DNA of 38,429 nucleotides from Bacillota bacterium (GTDB taxonomy: Bacteria > Bacillota > UBA4882 > UBA10575). The stretch spans positions 1 to 38,429 of the forward strand of contig JAAZDX010000028.1 in NCBI GenBank assembly GCA_012512605.1, written 5' to 3'. A program made the position numbers and the translations under genes. The notes below the pieces were generated by a model, which saw nothing but the letters and a program-made list of their open reading frames with translations, was not told the origin of the DNA and did no database searches. This document shows, one piece after another, positions 25,232 to 33,560 of this stretch (position 1 is its first letter; each line of letters starts with the position of its first letter).

Positions 25232-25262
25232 GAAACCGCCCGTTATGGGCGGTTTCGTTTTT
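25232..25262 (+). terminator. Intrinsic terminator (possibly bidirectional)
   Basis: GAAACCGCCC-gttat-GGGCGGTTTC followed by GTTTTT. Confidence 0.8.
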
Positions 25263-25300
25263 GACAGGTTAGTCCGGCTAGCGGCCGGTGTTTAGCTTCC

Positions 25301-26314
25301 TTAGTTCCGGAAGAAAACATGGTTTCCGATCTGGGTGGTTACCGGTTGGGAGCGCACCCATCTGTTCGTGGTTTTGGCCGGGTTGTAAAAACCGATGGCC
25401 CCGCTGGAAGGATCCCACCCGTTGATGGCATCCTGGACCGCTTTTAGCGTAGAAGCAGTAGGTGGCAAGTTGATCCGCCCATCCATCACCGGGCTGTATT
25501 GGTAATAGATCCCCTGGTCCACCTGGTAGATAATCTGGCTGATTGTGTTGGGGTAACGGGGGTCGTTCAGCCGGTTGAGGACGGAAGCGGCCACGGCTAC
25601 TTGTCCTTCGTAGGATTCCCCTTCCGCCTCCGCCCGGACTAAACGGGCAAGGAGCTGGATCTCCGTTTGGGAAAGGTTGTATTTATTCCCGTAATTCCCA
25701 CCGGTACTTCCGTTGTTTCCCGTATTACCGTTGTTTCCACTGTTTCCGCCAGGATTAGAAGGACCAGCTCCGGTCGGGATCGTTAGTACTTGTCCAGGGT
25801 AAATAAAGTCGGAAGAAAGTTTGTTGGCGGTTTTCAGGGCTTGGATGGTGGTACCATAACGTTTGGCAATTAAATAAAGACTGTCGTTGGTGCGTACCGT
25901 ATAAACCTGACCACCGCTGGAAGACGACCCGGAGCCCGGATTGGTGTTCCCCTGGGCGGATGGCAAGTAGAGGGTCTGCCCGACCTCTAGGTAATTATGC
26001 CAGATGTTGTTGGTCGTCCGCAGACTGGATAAAGAAATCCCGTTGCGAGTGCCAATCAGGTAAAGGGAATCACCGGGTCGGACCTTATAGGCCGTGGGAA
26101 TTGTTAGGGTTTGTCCAGGATAAATCATATTGGAACCTAAGTTGTTGGTATTTTTGAGCGTATCGGTGGGAACATTGAAACGGCGGGAAATGAGATACAA
26201 TGAATCCCCCGGTCTGACCTGATAGTTTTGGGCGCTGACGAGGACCGGCAAGAACATGACCAGCAAGGCCAGCAGGAATGATCCGTAACGGATGTAACGT
26301 TTTTTGCCTTTCAT
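25301..26314 (-). CDS. Secreted 3xLysM + SleB/CwlJ (Hydrolase_2) cell-wall hydrolase
   Basis: Signal peptide, three Y.V..(G/N)DSLYLI LysM repeats and Gly/Asn/Ser linkers, then LLARLVRAEAEGE...VAVA..VLNR...QYSPV...IGNHVF. Confidence 0.92.
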   Translation of the reverse strand: MKGKKRYIRYGSFLLALLVMFLPVLVSAQNYQVRPGDSLYLISRRFNVPTDTLKNTNNLGSNMIYPGQTLTIPTAYKVRPGDSLYLIGTRNGISLSSLRTTNNIWHNYLEVGQTLYLPSAQGNTNPGSGSSSSGGQVYTVRTNDSLYLIAKRYGTTIQALKTANKLSSDFIYPGQVLTIPTGAGPSNPGGNSGNNGNTGNNGSTGGNYGNKYNLSQTEIQLLARLVRAEAEGESYEGQVAVAASVLNRLNDPRYPNTISQIIYQVDQGIYYQYSPVMDGRINLPPTASTLKAVQDAINGWDPSSGAIGFYNPAKTTNRWVRSQPVTTQIGNHVFFRN

Positions 26315-26420
26315 TTGGTAAACACTCCTCTTTCATGTTGTCGTTTTGGTCGCCGACGGCAATTAGAGGTGTGATGAAAGTTGGGTCTTAAGCAGCATGG
26401 ACGACCTGGCATAGTGCATA

Positions 26421-26447
26421 ATTCTTGCTAGATATGGATTTTCCTAG
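26421..26447 (-). promoter_or_regulatory. sigmaH-like promoter of the LysM hydrolase
   Basis: On the minus strand: AGGAAAA-N11-CAAGAAT (AGGA-N17-GAAT). Confidence 0.55.
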
Positions 26448-26575
26448 TGGGAATTAGAGGTAAACCCAGTTCTGGTAAAAACCCAAAGGTTTGGGATAAC
26501 CAGTAAAGATGGTTAGAAAGCGGTATTATTGGTTAGAATATCGTTATTAAAAATCATGGGGCGAGGCGAATTGTA

Positions 26576-27973
26576 ATGAAACTATTCGGCCTGGGCGTTT
26601 TGGCGACCATTACGGGATTAACCGTATTCATCTGTCTACTGGTGGTAGCCAGCCGGGGGATCTTTCACCTCATCTTCACCTTTTTGTATAAACGGATTAC
26701 CACCGAACGTTACTGGAGTAATGTGTTTGAAACTTATAATCTGGCGAAAATGATCGGGCTCGGCCGTTTGGTCGAGACGGAATTGCGGGCCGCCCACGGG
26801 CAGCCACCCGAGCGTCCCTTCGGACGCCGCAATATGGTTTCACCTTGGAATGATCTATATTTTAATCCGGTTTTCTTCCACCGTTTGCCGCTGTTGGACT
26901 ACACCAAAGTCGGGACGGAGGTGGTGATCGGCCCGGAGGCCAAATATCCTTTAAAACTGAAGATTCCGATCCTGATTGGGGGTATGGCCTACGGAACAGC
27001 TTTGAGTGCGAAGACCAAGCAAGCACTGGCTTTGGGGGCAACTATGGCTGGAACAGTCGCCAACACTGGAAACGGGCCTTTTTTACCGGCCGAACGGGCT
27101 GCAGCCGAAAAGTTGATCATCCAATACGCCCGTGGGAGTTGGGCAAAGGACTTGGAGGTATTGGAGAAGGCGGATGCGGTCGAAATCCAACTGGGGCAAG
27201 GCTTGTGGGGGCCGGCTCCGGCCGAGATCTCCCCCCGTCGTTTGGCCCGCAACCCCAAACTGCGCCATCTTTTAGGGGCAAAGCCGGGGGAAAAAGCGGT
27301 GATTCCCCCCCGTCTGTTGGAGGCGGAGACGGATCGCGAATTAGTGGATCTGGTTAGAGCCATTAGAGCGCACACGGACGGCGTGCCGGTCGGGTTTAAA
27401 CTGGGTGCCACCCAGTGGCTCGAACGGGAACTGGAGATCCTGATCCGCACCAAACCCGATTTCATTGCCATCGACGGGATGGAAGGGGGAACCCATGGTG
27501 GGCTGGGTTCCAGTTTAGACGCGCTAGGGACGCCCACCCTTTATGCCTTGGTGCGGGCGCGCCGGTTCTTGACCGCAAAAAAACTGACCGGTAAGATCTC
27601 CCTTTTGGTCGGTGGTGGGCTCTACTCGGGCATGGATTTTCTCCGAGCCTTAGCGTTAGGGGCCGATGCGGTTTTTATCGGGACCATTGCCCTGATTTCT
27701 TTGGTCCATACCCAGGGGGTCAAGGTCCTGCCGTGGGAACCACCGACCAAGTTGATCTATGAAGGGGGATGGCAGAAGAAAAAGCTCAATATCGAGCAAG
27801 GGGCGCAAAGCCTGGCTAACTTCTTAAAAGCTTCGGTGCAGGAGATGCAGGTGGCCGCCTTATGTTTAGGGAAAGCACACCTAAGTGCGGTGGATAAAAA
27901 CGATCTGTCCACGGTCAACCGGGAACTGGCCACCTATTTGGGGATCAAGTGGTGTGGCGACCCAACCGTGTAG
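26576..27973 (+). CDS. FMN-binding glutamate-synthase-family protein (stand-alone, membrane-anchored)
   Basis: L.IPILIGGMAYG.ALS, NTG.G, VEIQLGQG, VPVGFK, IDG.EGGT and GG......ALALGADAV, with an N-terminal TM segment. Confidence 0.85.
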   Translation: MKLFGLGVLATITGLTVFICLLVVASRGIFHLIFTFLYKRITTERYWSNVFETYNLAKMIGLGRLVETELRAAHGQPPERPFGRRNMVSPWNDLYFNPVFFHRLPLLDYTKVGTEVVIGPEAKYPLKLKIPILIGGMAYGTALSAKTKQALALGATMAGTVANTGNGPFLPAERAAAEKLIIQYARGSWAKDLEVLEKADAVEIQLGQGLWGPAPAEISPRRLARNPKLRHLLGAKPGEKAVIPPRLLEAETDRELVDLVRAIRAHTDGVPVGFKLGATQWLERELEILIRTKPDFIAIDGMEGGTHGGLGSSLDALGTPTLYALVRARRFLTAKKLTGKISLLVGGGLYSGMDFLRALALGADAVFIGTIALISLVHTQGVKVLPWEPPTKLIYEGGWQKKKLNIEQGAQSLANFLKASVQEMQVAALCLGKAHLSAVDKNDLSTVNRELATYLGIKWCGDPTV

Positions 27974-28047
27974 TCGTTCACGCTGGTACACTGGGGCAAG
28001 CAAAGGGATGAAAAGGAGGACCAGTCGGCCTGGAATTCGCCATGGAT

Positions 28048-28076
28048 GGCAGGAAAACCCCGAACAAAAGCGAAAC
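28048..28076 (+). promoter_or_regulatory. sigmaH-like promoter of the M23 peptidase
   Basis: GGCAGGAAA...GCGAAAC, giving AGGA-N17-GAAA. Confidence 0.55.
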
Positions 28077-28114
28077 TAAGAACTTAATTAGTGCTTTTTA
28101 GTTCAGGGTAAAGG

Positions 28115-29290
28115 ATGAGCGTAATGCGACAAGGAGGACAACGCAGCAGGCTTGGCTGGGTCCTTGTTTTCCTGTGGTTTCTTATCTTTGTCCCTCCCCT
28201 GCCAGCTCAGGAGGAAGCCGAGCTGGCGCGGATCAACCGATTAATTGAACAGACAAAAAAGCAGCTTTCGACCACAAAAAATCAGGAATCTTCGGTCTTA
28301 AGCGCTTTAATCACTGCCCAGCAGGAATTGGCTCAGATTGAGTTGGAACTGGAGCGGCTAGACCAAAAATTGCGCCTGGTGCAACGGGAGATCGCTAATT
28401 TAGAACGTGAACAGGCCGAGGCGGAAAAGGAATTAGCACGGCTGGATCGCCTCCAACGCGACCGGGCGGATCAATACAACCGGCGCTTGGTTGCGGTCTA
28501 CAAATATGGTCCATTGAGCTATCTGGAACTGCTGGTGGCGGCGGAGAGCTTTGCTGATTTAATCAGTAAATTTGAGATGGTCTCCTATTATTTGCGCGCC
28601 GATGCGCGTTTGATTGCGGAAGTGTCTACGATCAAGGAAGAGATCGGCGTCCAACAAAAGACGCTCCAAGAGAAAAAACGGGGATTGGATCAACAACGGG
28701 CTGCGGTAATCGCCTTGGAAAAATCCACCGTAGAGCAACAAAAGCTCAAAACGGCGCTGGTCCAAAAGGCCGAAGCAGAGCTGAACAAGGTCCAGCGGGA
28801 CCGGAAAAGCTTAGAAGCAGCCCTGGATGAATTGGAAGAAACCTCGCGACAGATCGAGGCCGAGATTAAGCGGCGGCAGCAGAAAGGAGCCCTTGGCACC
28901 GGAAACTTCATCTGGCCGCTGGCCATAAAAGGGCGGATCAGTTCGCCTTTTGGAGAACGGATGCACCCGATTTTGGACCAGAAACGGTTCCACACCGGAA
29001 TAGATATTGCTGTCCCCACTGGAACCGATGTGTTGGCTGCAGATCGGGGGCGGGTGATAATCAGCGGCTGGAACGGTGGCTATGGCAACTTTATCGCGAT
29101 TGATCACGGGAACGGCCTTGCGACGGCCTATGCCCATAATTCGCGGCTCTTAGTAAAAGAAGGGGATGTGGTGACCCAAGGACAAGTGATTGCCAAATCA
29201 GGGAACACCGGACTGAGTACTGGTCCCCATCTCCATTTTGAGGTGCGTAAAGACGGGGCCCCCGTCGATCCGGCTGGCTATTTACCGTAA
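28115..29290 (+). CDS. Coiled-coil + M23 peptidase (EnvC/CwlO-like murein hydrolase or activator)
   Basis: Signal peptide and long coiled coil. The HTGID, YAH and STGPHLHFEV zinc motifs are intact. Confidence 0.9.
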   Translation: MSVMRQGGQRSRLGWVLVFLWFLIFVPPLPAQEEAELARINRLIEQTKKQLSTTKNQESSVLSALITAQQELAQIELELERLDQKLRLVQREIANLEREQAEAEKELARLDRLQRDRADQYNRRLVAVYKYGPLSYLELLVAAESFADLISKFEMVSYYLRADARLIAEVSTIKEEIGVQQKTLQEKKRGLDQQRAAVIALEKSTVEQQKLKTALVQKAEAELNKVQRDRKSLEAALDELEETSRQIEAEIKRRQQKGALGTGNFIWPLAIKGRISSPFGERMHPILDQKRFHTGIDIAVPTGTDVLAADRGRVIISGWNGGYGNFIAIDHGNGLATAYAHNSRLLVKEGDVVTQGQVIAKSGNTGLSTGPHLHFEVRKDGAPVDPAGYLP

Positions 29291-29371
29291 TCAACGAAAA
29301 AAGTCTTTTTTGGTAAGCCTGTTGTATATGATATAGAAGAGAGAACAGAGAAGAATGGTGGTGGAAGCAGG

Positions 29372-30448
29372 ATGGGGCTAAAAATGGCGCTTCTCTTCGG
29401 CGGACAATCGGGTGAACATGAAGTTTCGGTGATGTCGGCTGCTTCCGTAGCCCAGGCGATCCGTGGAAAAATTGAAGTTTTACCGATTGGGATTAGTAAA
29501 GACGGGCGGTGGATTCCCGGGCTCTCCCCGGAGGCACTGGTGGAAAGGGGTTGTTTCGAGGTCAGTGGTGGCCAAAGCCCGGACGCGGACCGGATCGTAC
29601 AAAACCACAACGGTTTTTTACTAGGTTACCTTCGCGAGCAGGTTGATCTGGCTTTTCCGCTTCTCCACGGGCCAATGGGGGAAGATGGTACGGTGCAAGG
29701 GCTCTTGGAATTGGCCGGGATCCCGTACATTGGTGGCGGTGTAATGGCCTCTGCGGTCGGTATGGATAAGGAAATAATGAAGGCCCTCTTTAAGTACCAT
29801 GGTCTTCCTGTTGGCGACTATCTGGTTTACCGGCGTCACGAATGGGCGAATGACCAGGAACTGATCTGCACCGCAATCGAAGGCCGCCTGGGCTACCCTT
29901 GTTTTGTAAAACCGGCGAATATGGGGTCAAGCGTGGGCATTAGCAAAGCCCATAACCGCGCCGAATTGGAACAGGCTTTCCTTCTTGCCCTTACTTATGA
30001 TCACAAAGTAGTGGTTGAGGCCTTTTTGGACGGTTATGAGGTGGAGTGCGCGGTTCTTGGCAATGAAGAGCCCCGTGCCTCCGTGCCGGGGGAGATCGTC
30101 CCTGGGGCTGAATTTTATAGTTACGAAGATAAATACGTGAAAAACGACTCCGAGTTAATTATTCCCGCCCGCTTGACGCCGGAACAAACGGCGCAGGTAC
30201 AGGACCTGGCGGTTCGGGCGTTTAAAGCGATCGATTGTGCGGGAATGGGCCGCGTCGATTTTTTTGTGCTTAAGCGGGACGGACGGATCCTTGTCAATGA
30301 GATCAACACGATCCCCGGCTTTACTAAGATCAGTATGTACCCAAAGCTTTGGGCCGCCAGTGGTGTATCCTATCCGGAGCTCATTGAACGTCTGGCCCAG
30401 TTGGCTTTGGAACGTTTCCGGGACCGGCCCCAAGGGTCGAAAGCCTAA
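29372..30448 (+). CDS. ddl: D-alanine--D-alanine ligase
   Basis: FGGQSGEHEVS, LHGPMGEDG, KPANMGSSVG and NEINTIPG. Omega loop FYSYEDKY has Tyr, indicating the D-Ala-D-Ala type. Confidence 0.96.
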   Translation: MGLKMALLFGGQSGEHEVSVMSAASVAQAIRGKIEVLPIGISKDGRWIPGLSPEALVERGCFEVSGGQSPDADRIVQNHNGFLLGYLREQVDLAFPLLHGPMGEDGTVQGLLELAGIPYIGGGVMASAVGMDKEIMKALFKYHGLPVGDYLVYRRHEWANDQELICTAIEGRLGYPCFVKPANMGSSVGISKAHNRAELEQAFLLALTYDHKVVVEAFLDGYEVECAVLGNEEPRASVPGEIVPGAEFYSYEDKYVKNDSELIIPARLTPEQTAQVQDLAVRAFKAIDCAGMGRVDFFVLKRDGRILVNEINTIPGFTKISMYPKLWAASGVSYPELIERLAQLALERFRDRPQGSKA

Positions 30449-30463
30449 GACGATGGATGGTTT

Positions 30464-30497
30464 AGAGGGTAGACAGGATTGTCTACCTCTTTTTTTT
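30464..30497 (+). terminator. Intrinsic terminator after ddl
   Basis: GGGTAGACA-ggat-TGTCTACCT followed by CTTTTTTTT. Confidence 0.8.
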
Positions 30498-30593
30498 GCC
30501 CAGGATTTGCGGGTTTTTTACCGTCCGGAAGAGGGTTTCTACTGAGAAGGAGGAATAAACAGTATAAAATAACATAGAAAAGAGGTGCTGGCG

Positions 30594-30998
30594 ATGTTGG
30601 TAAAATGGACACCCCAATATGCAGTCGGTGTAGAGGAGATTGACCGACAACACCAAGAGCTTTTCAGCAAGATCAATGATCTGTTGGAAGCCTGTCAACG
30701 CGGGGAAGGGAAGCAAGAGGTTGGTAAGGTGTTGTCTTTCCTAGAAGAATACGTGAAGGTTCACTTCGGGACGGAAGAAAAAACGATGCTCGACAATGCT
30801 TATCCCGAGTATACTCAGCACCGGGCGCAACACCAAAAGTTTGTGGAGAACTTTTTGGAATTGAAAGCGAAGTTTGAAGCCGAGGGCGCTGGAATCTGGC
30901 TGGTTGCCCAGACCAACCGGGTCGTGGTTGACTGGCTGATTAAACATATTATGATGACCGATACTAAACTAGGGAAGTTTTTAAACGCTAAACAATGA
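30594..30998 (+). CDS. Single-domain bacteriohemerythrin
   Basis: Di-iron ligand motifs IDRQH, HFGTEE, HRAQH and WL..HI...D. ATG at 30594 follows GAGGTG. Confidence 0.93.
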   Translation: MLVKWTPQYAVGVEEIDRQHQELFSKINDLLEACQRGEGKQEVGKVLSFLEEYVKVHFGTEEKTMLDNAYPEYTQHRAQHQKFVENFLELKAKFEAEGAGIWLVAQTNRVVVDWLIKHIMMTDTKLGKFLNAKQ

Positions 30999-31078
30999 AG
31001 TAATCATTCTTACCGTGTCGCCATGGAGAAAGGAAAGACCACGGCGGAAGATTAAAGGGGACATAAGGGGGATTGGTG

Positions 31079-32740
31079 ATGCGGATCACCATTGCACAAC
31101 TGAACCCGGTGGTGGGGGATTTAAGCGGGAATCTGGACCGCCTCGAACACCTCTTGGCGCGGGAAGGCGCGGGTACTGATCTTGTAGTCCTGCCCGAACT
31201 TTATCTCACCGGATACCCGCCCTTTGGGTTGCTGGATAAGGCGTGGTTTCGGCAGCAGGTTTCAACGGCGCTGGAACATTTACGCGGCTTATCGGCCCGT
31301 TACCGGGAGACCGCAATTTTAGTAGGGGCCGCGGTGCCAAGGGCTACGGAAACCGGAAAGGGCTGGTACAATTCGGCCCTTTTATATGCGGGAGGGGAAC
31401 TCTTGTGGGCGCAGGATAAGGCCACCCTTCCCGCCTATGATCTCTTTAATGAGGCGGCTTATTTTCAATCGGGCCAGCCGGCCCCGGTCGTTACTTTAAA
31501 CGGCAAACGACTCGGGGTAGTAATCGGGGAAGACCTTTGGACGCTGGCGTCCGCGACCAGAGCGGAGCTGGAGCCGTCGCCACTGCTTACGGAATTAGCA
31601 GCCCAAACCGGGTTGATCATTAACCTGGCGGCTTATCCCTTTTATTCCGGGTGGGAGGATAAACTGTACCGCTTTGGTGCCGCTTGTGCGCAACGCTTCC
31701 AGATTCCGTTCCTCTTCGTCAATCAGGTCGGCGCCAACGAAGAGCTGATTTTTTGTGGACAGAGCCTTTTGGTCAGTGCCGATGGGACCACACGCTATGT
31801 GGCTCCTTCATTTCAGGAAGCGGTGGCGGTGGTAGATCTGGACGCGGAAGAATCGCCTGCTGACCAGTCTGCTGTCCCGGCCCGCCCTTCGGCGCGGCGG
31901 ATGGTTTACGACGCATTAGTGCTGGGAATCCGCGATTATGCCCGTAAGACCGGGTTTACCAAAGCTGTGATCGGCCTCTCCGGCGGAATTGATTCCGCCC
32001 TGGTTTGTTGTTTGGCTGCCGAGGCCTTAGGGCCGGAGAATGTCCTGGCGGTGACGATGCCTTCCCCCTTCTCTTCCGTCGGTAGTGTGGAGGATTCCCG
32101 CGTCTTGGCGCAAAATTTGGGGATCGACTTTAAGATGATCCCCATTACTGCTTTTTTTCAGAGTTTCCTTACGGGATTACGCCCTTACATCGGCCACCCA
32201 AATGGCCCCCACGACACCACGGAAGAGAATTTACAAGCCCGGATCCGGGCCAATATTTTAATGGCTTTATCCAATAAGTACGGTTATCTGGTCCTGAGTG
32301 CGGGCAACAAAAGTGAAATGATGGTTGGCTATTCCACCCTGAATGGGGTTGATTTAAGCGGCGGACTTGCTGTCCTTGCCGACGTGCCAAAAACCATCGT
32401 TTACGAATTGGCCACAGAGGCCAACCGGGAGCGGGAGGTGATCCCGGTGGAGATCATTACGAAACCGCCCTCTGCGGAGCTGCGCCCGGACCAACTGGAT
32501 CAAGATACCCTGCCCCCCTACCCCATCCTTGATCGGGTTTTAGCTTTATATCTCGACGAGAACTGGACACCGGACGAAATCAAGGCGGCCGGATTTGCGG
32601 TGGAGACGGTGGACTGGGTCATCAAGGCGGTCCACCGGAGTGAGTATAAACGGCGGCAGACGGCTCCCGGTCTGCGGGTGACGACGAATCCGTTAGGACC
32701 AAAACGGCGGCTGCCGGTCGCCGGAAAACTCCAAATTTAA
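31079..32740 (+). CDS. nadE: Two-domain (nitrilase + synthetase) NAD+ synthetase; glutaminase site degenerate
   Basis: AQLNP.VGD..GN, PELY..GYPP, LSGGIDS, ENLQARIR, GNKSE and PSAELRPDQ.D. Confidence 0.93.
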   Translation: MRITIAQLNPVVGDLSGNLDRLEHLLAREGAGTDLVVLPELYLTGYPPFGLLDKAWFRQQVSTALEHLRGLSARYRETAILVGAAVPRATETGKGWYNSALLYAGGELLWAQDKATLPAYDLFNEAAYFQSGQPAPVVTLNGKRLGVVIGEDLWTLASATRAELEPSPLLTELAAQTGLIINLAAYPFYSGWEDKLYRFGAACAQRFQIPFLFVNQVGANEELIFCGQSLLVSADGTTRYVAPSFQEAVAVVDLDAEESPADQSAVPARPSARRMVYDALVLGIRDYARKTGFTKAVIGLSGGIDSALVCCLAAEALGPENVLAVTMPSPFSSVGSVEDSRVLAQNLGIDFKMIPITAFFQSFLTGLRPYIGHPNGPHDTTEENLQARIRANILMALSNKYGYLVLSAGNKSEMMVGYSTLNGVDLSGGLAVLADVPKTIVYELATEANREREVIPVEIITKPPSAELRPDQLDQDTLPPYPILDRVLALYLDENWTPDEIKAAGFAVETVDWVIKAVHRSEYKRRQTAPGLRVTTNPLGPKRRLPVAGKLQI

Positions 32741-32758
32741 GGTGTGAGCTAAATCCCC

Positions 32759-32787
32759 TTGACAAAAAACAAAATGTAGCCTATTAT
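32759..32787 (+). promoter_or_regulatory. sigmaA promoter of the csoR-family/trxA operon
   Basis: TTGACA, 17 bp spacer, TATTAT. Confidence 0.8.
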
Positions 32788-32804
32788 ATACCGTAGGGGG
32801 TATA
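32787..32804. promoter_or_regulatory. CsoR/RcnR-family operator
   Basis: TATACC-gtaggg-GGTATA, an inverted repeat around a G-tract, overlapping the -10/+1 region. Confidence 0.8.
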
Positions 32805-32824
32805 GTAAGGAGGTGGGAAGGTCG

Positions 32825-33124
32825 ATGACCCAGCATGGGGCGGATCATATTGACCAGATTTCCGGAGATATTAAAGAAGATCTCTTAAAACGTTTGCGCC
32901 GTATTGAAGGCCAGGTGCGTGGGTTGCAACGGATGATTGAAGAAGAACGTTCCTGCCAGGAAGTGGTCTACCAGGCGGCTGCGGTGAAAGCAGCGGTGGT
33001 GCAAGTGGCAATGACGATCTTAAGCAATCAACTGGCGACTTGCCTCGCAGAGGAAATGGCCCAAGGAGGTAATCCGGAGGCGGCGATGAAGCGTTTTACC
33101 GAAGTCTTTAAGAAGTTTTATTAA
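32825..33124 (+). CDS. CsoR/RcnR/CstR-family transcriptional repressor
   Basis: RLRRIEGQVRGLQRMIEE.RSC.EV..Q..AV.AA...NQLATC. The GTG at 32813 overlaps the SD, so ATG at 32825 is preferred. Confidence 0.92.
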   Translation: MTQHGADHIDQISGDIKEDLLKRLRRIEGQVRGLQRMIEEERSCQEVVYQAAAVKAAVVQVAMTILSNQLATCLAEEMAQGGNPEAAMKRFTEVFKKFY

Positions 33125-33142
33125 TTTGAGGAGGGAAAAAAG

Positions 33143-33460
33143 ATGGCTTTGACGTTAACCCAGGATAACTTTAAAACGGAAGTGCTCGACTATAAGGGCG
33201 TCGCCATGGTTGATTTTTGGGCACCGTGGTGTGGTCCTTGCCGGATGGTAGCACCGATCATCGATCAGCTGGCCGAGGAGTATGAGGGGAAAGTAAAGAT
33301 CGGGAAAGTAAACACCGATGAAAACTTAGCCCTTTCCACCCAGTATCAGATCATGACGATCCCAACCATGCTTGTCTTTAAAGACGGTAAAGTGGTGGAC
33401 ACCATCAACGGCGCGCTCCCTAAACAGCGGATTGCGGCCGTCCTTGACAAATGGATATAA
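33143..33460 (+). CDS. trxA: Thioredoxin
   Basis: VDFWAPWCGPC, KVNTD and IPT..VFKDG. Confidence 0.97.
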   Translation: MALTLTQDNFKTEVLDYKGVAMVDFWAPWCGPCRMVAPIIDQLAEEYEGKVKIGKVNTDENLALSTQYQIMTIPTMLVFKDGKVVDTINGALPKQRIAAVLDKWI

Positions 33461-33461
33461 T

Positions 33462-33497
33462 AAAAAAGGCTGGTGGCGAAGGCCACCGCCTTTTTTT
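33462..33497. terminator. Bidirectional intrinsic terminator
   Basis: AAAAAAGGC(T)GGTGGC-gaag-GCCACCGCCTTTTTTT between convergent trxA and dacA. Confidence 0.85.
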
Positions 33498-33560
33498 GAA
33501 TGGGGTGCGTTTGCGCTTTCGTAGCCCCAAGGCTTAAAAGCGGCTACGGACGACCGCCTT

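Noticed and set aside
25680-25760. Repetitive DNA inside the LysM gene
   Set aside because: It is explained by the Gly/Asn/Ser linker.
26315-26420. c-di-AMP (ydaO) riboswitch upstream of the LysM hydrolase
   Set aside because: No conserved ydaO blocks (GCUGAAUCC...GGAACGGGGGA) were found.
33444-33461. TTGACA and TATAAT at the end of trxA
   Set aside because: The two boxes are only 6 bp apart, so this is not a promoter.
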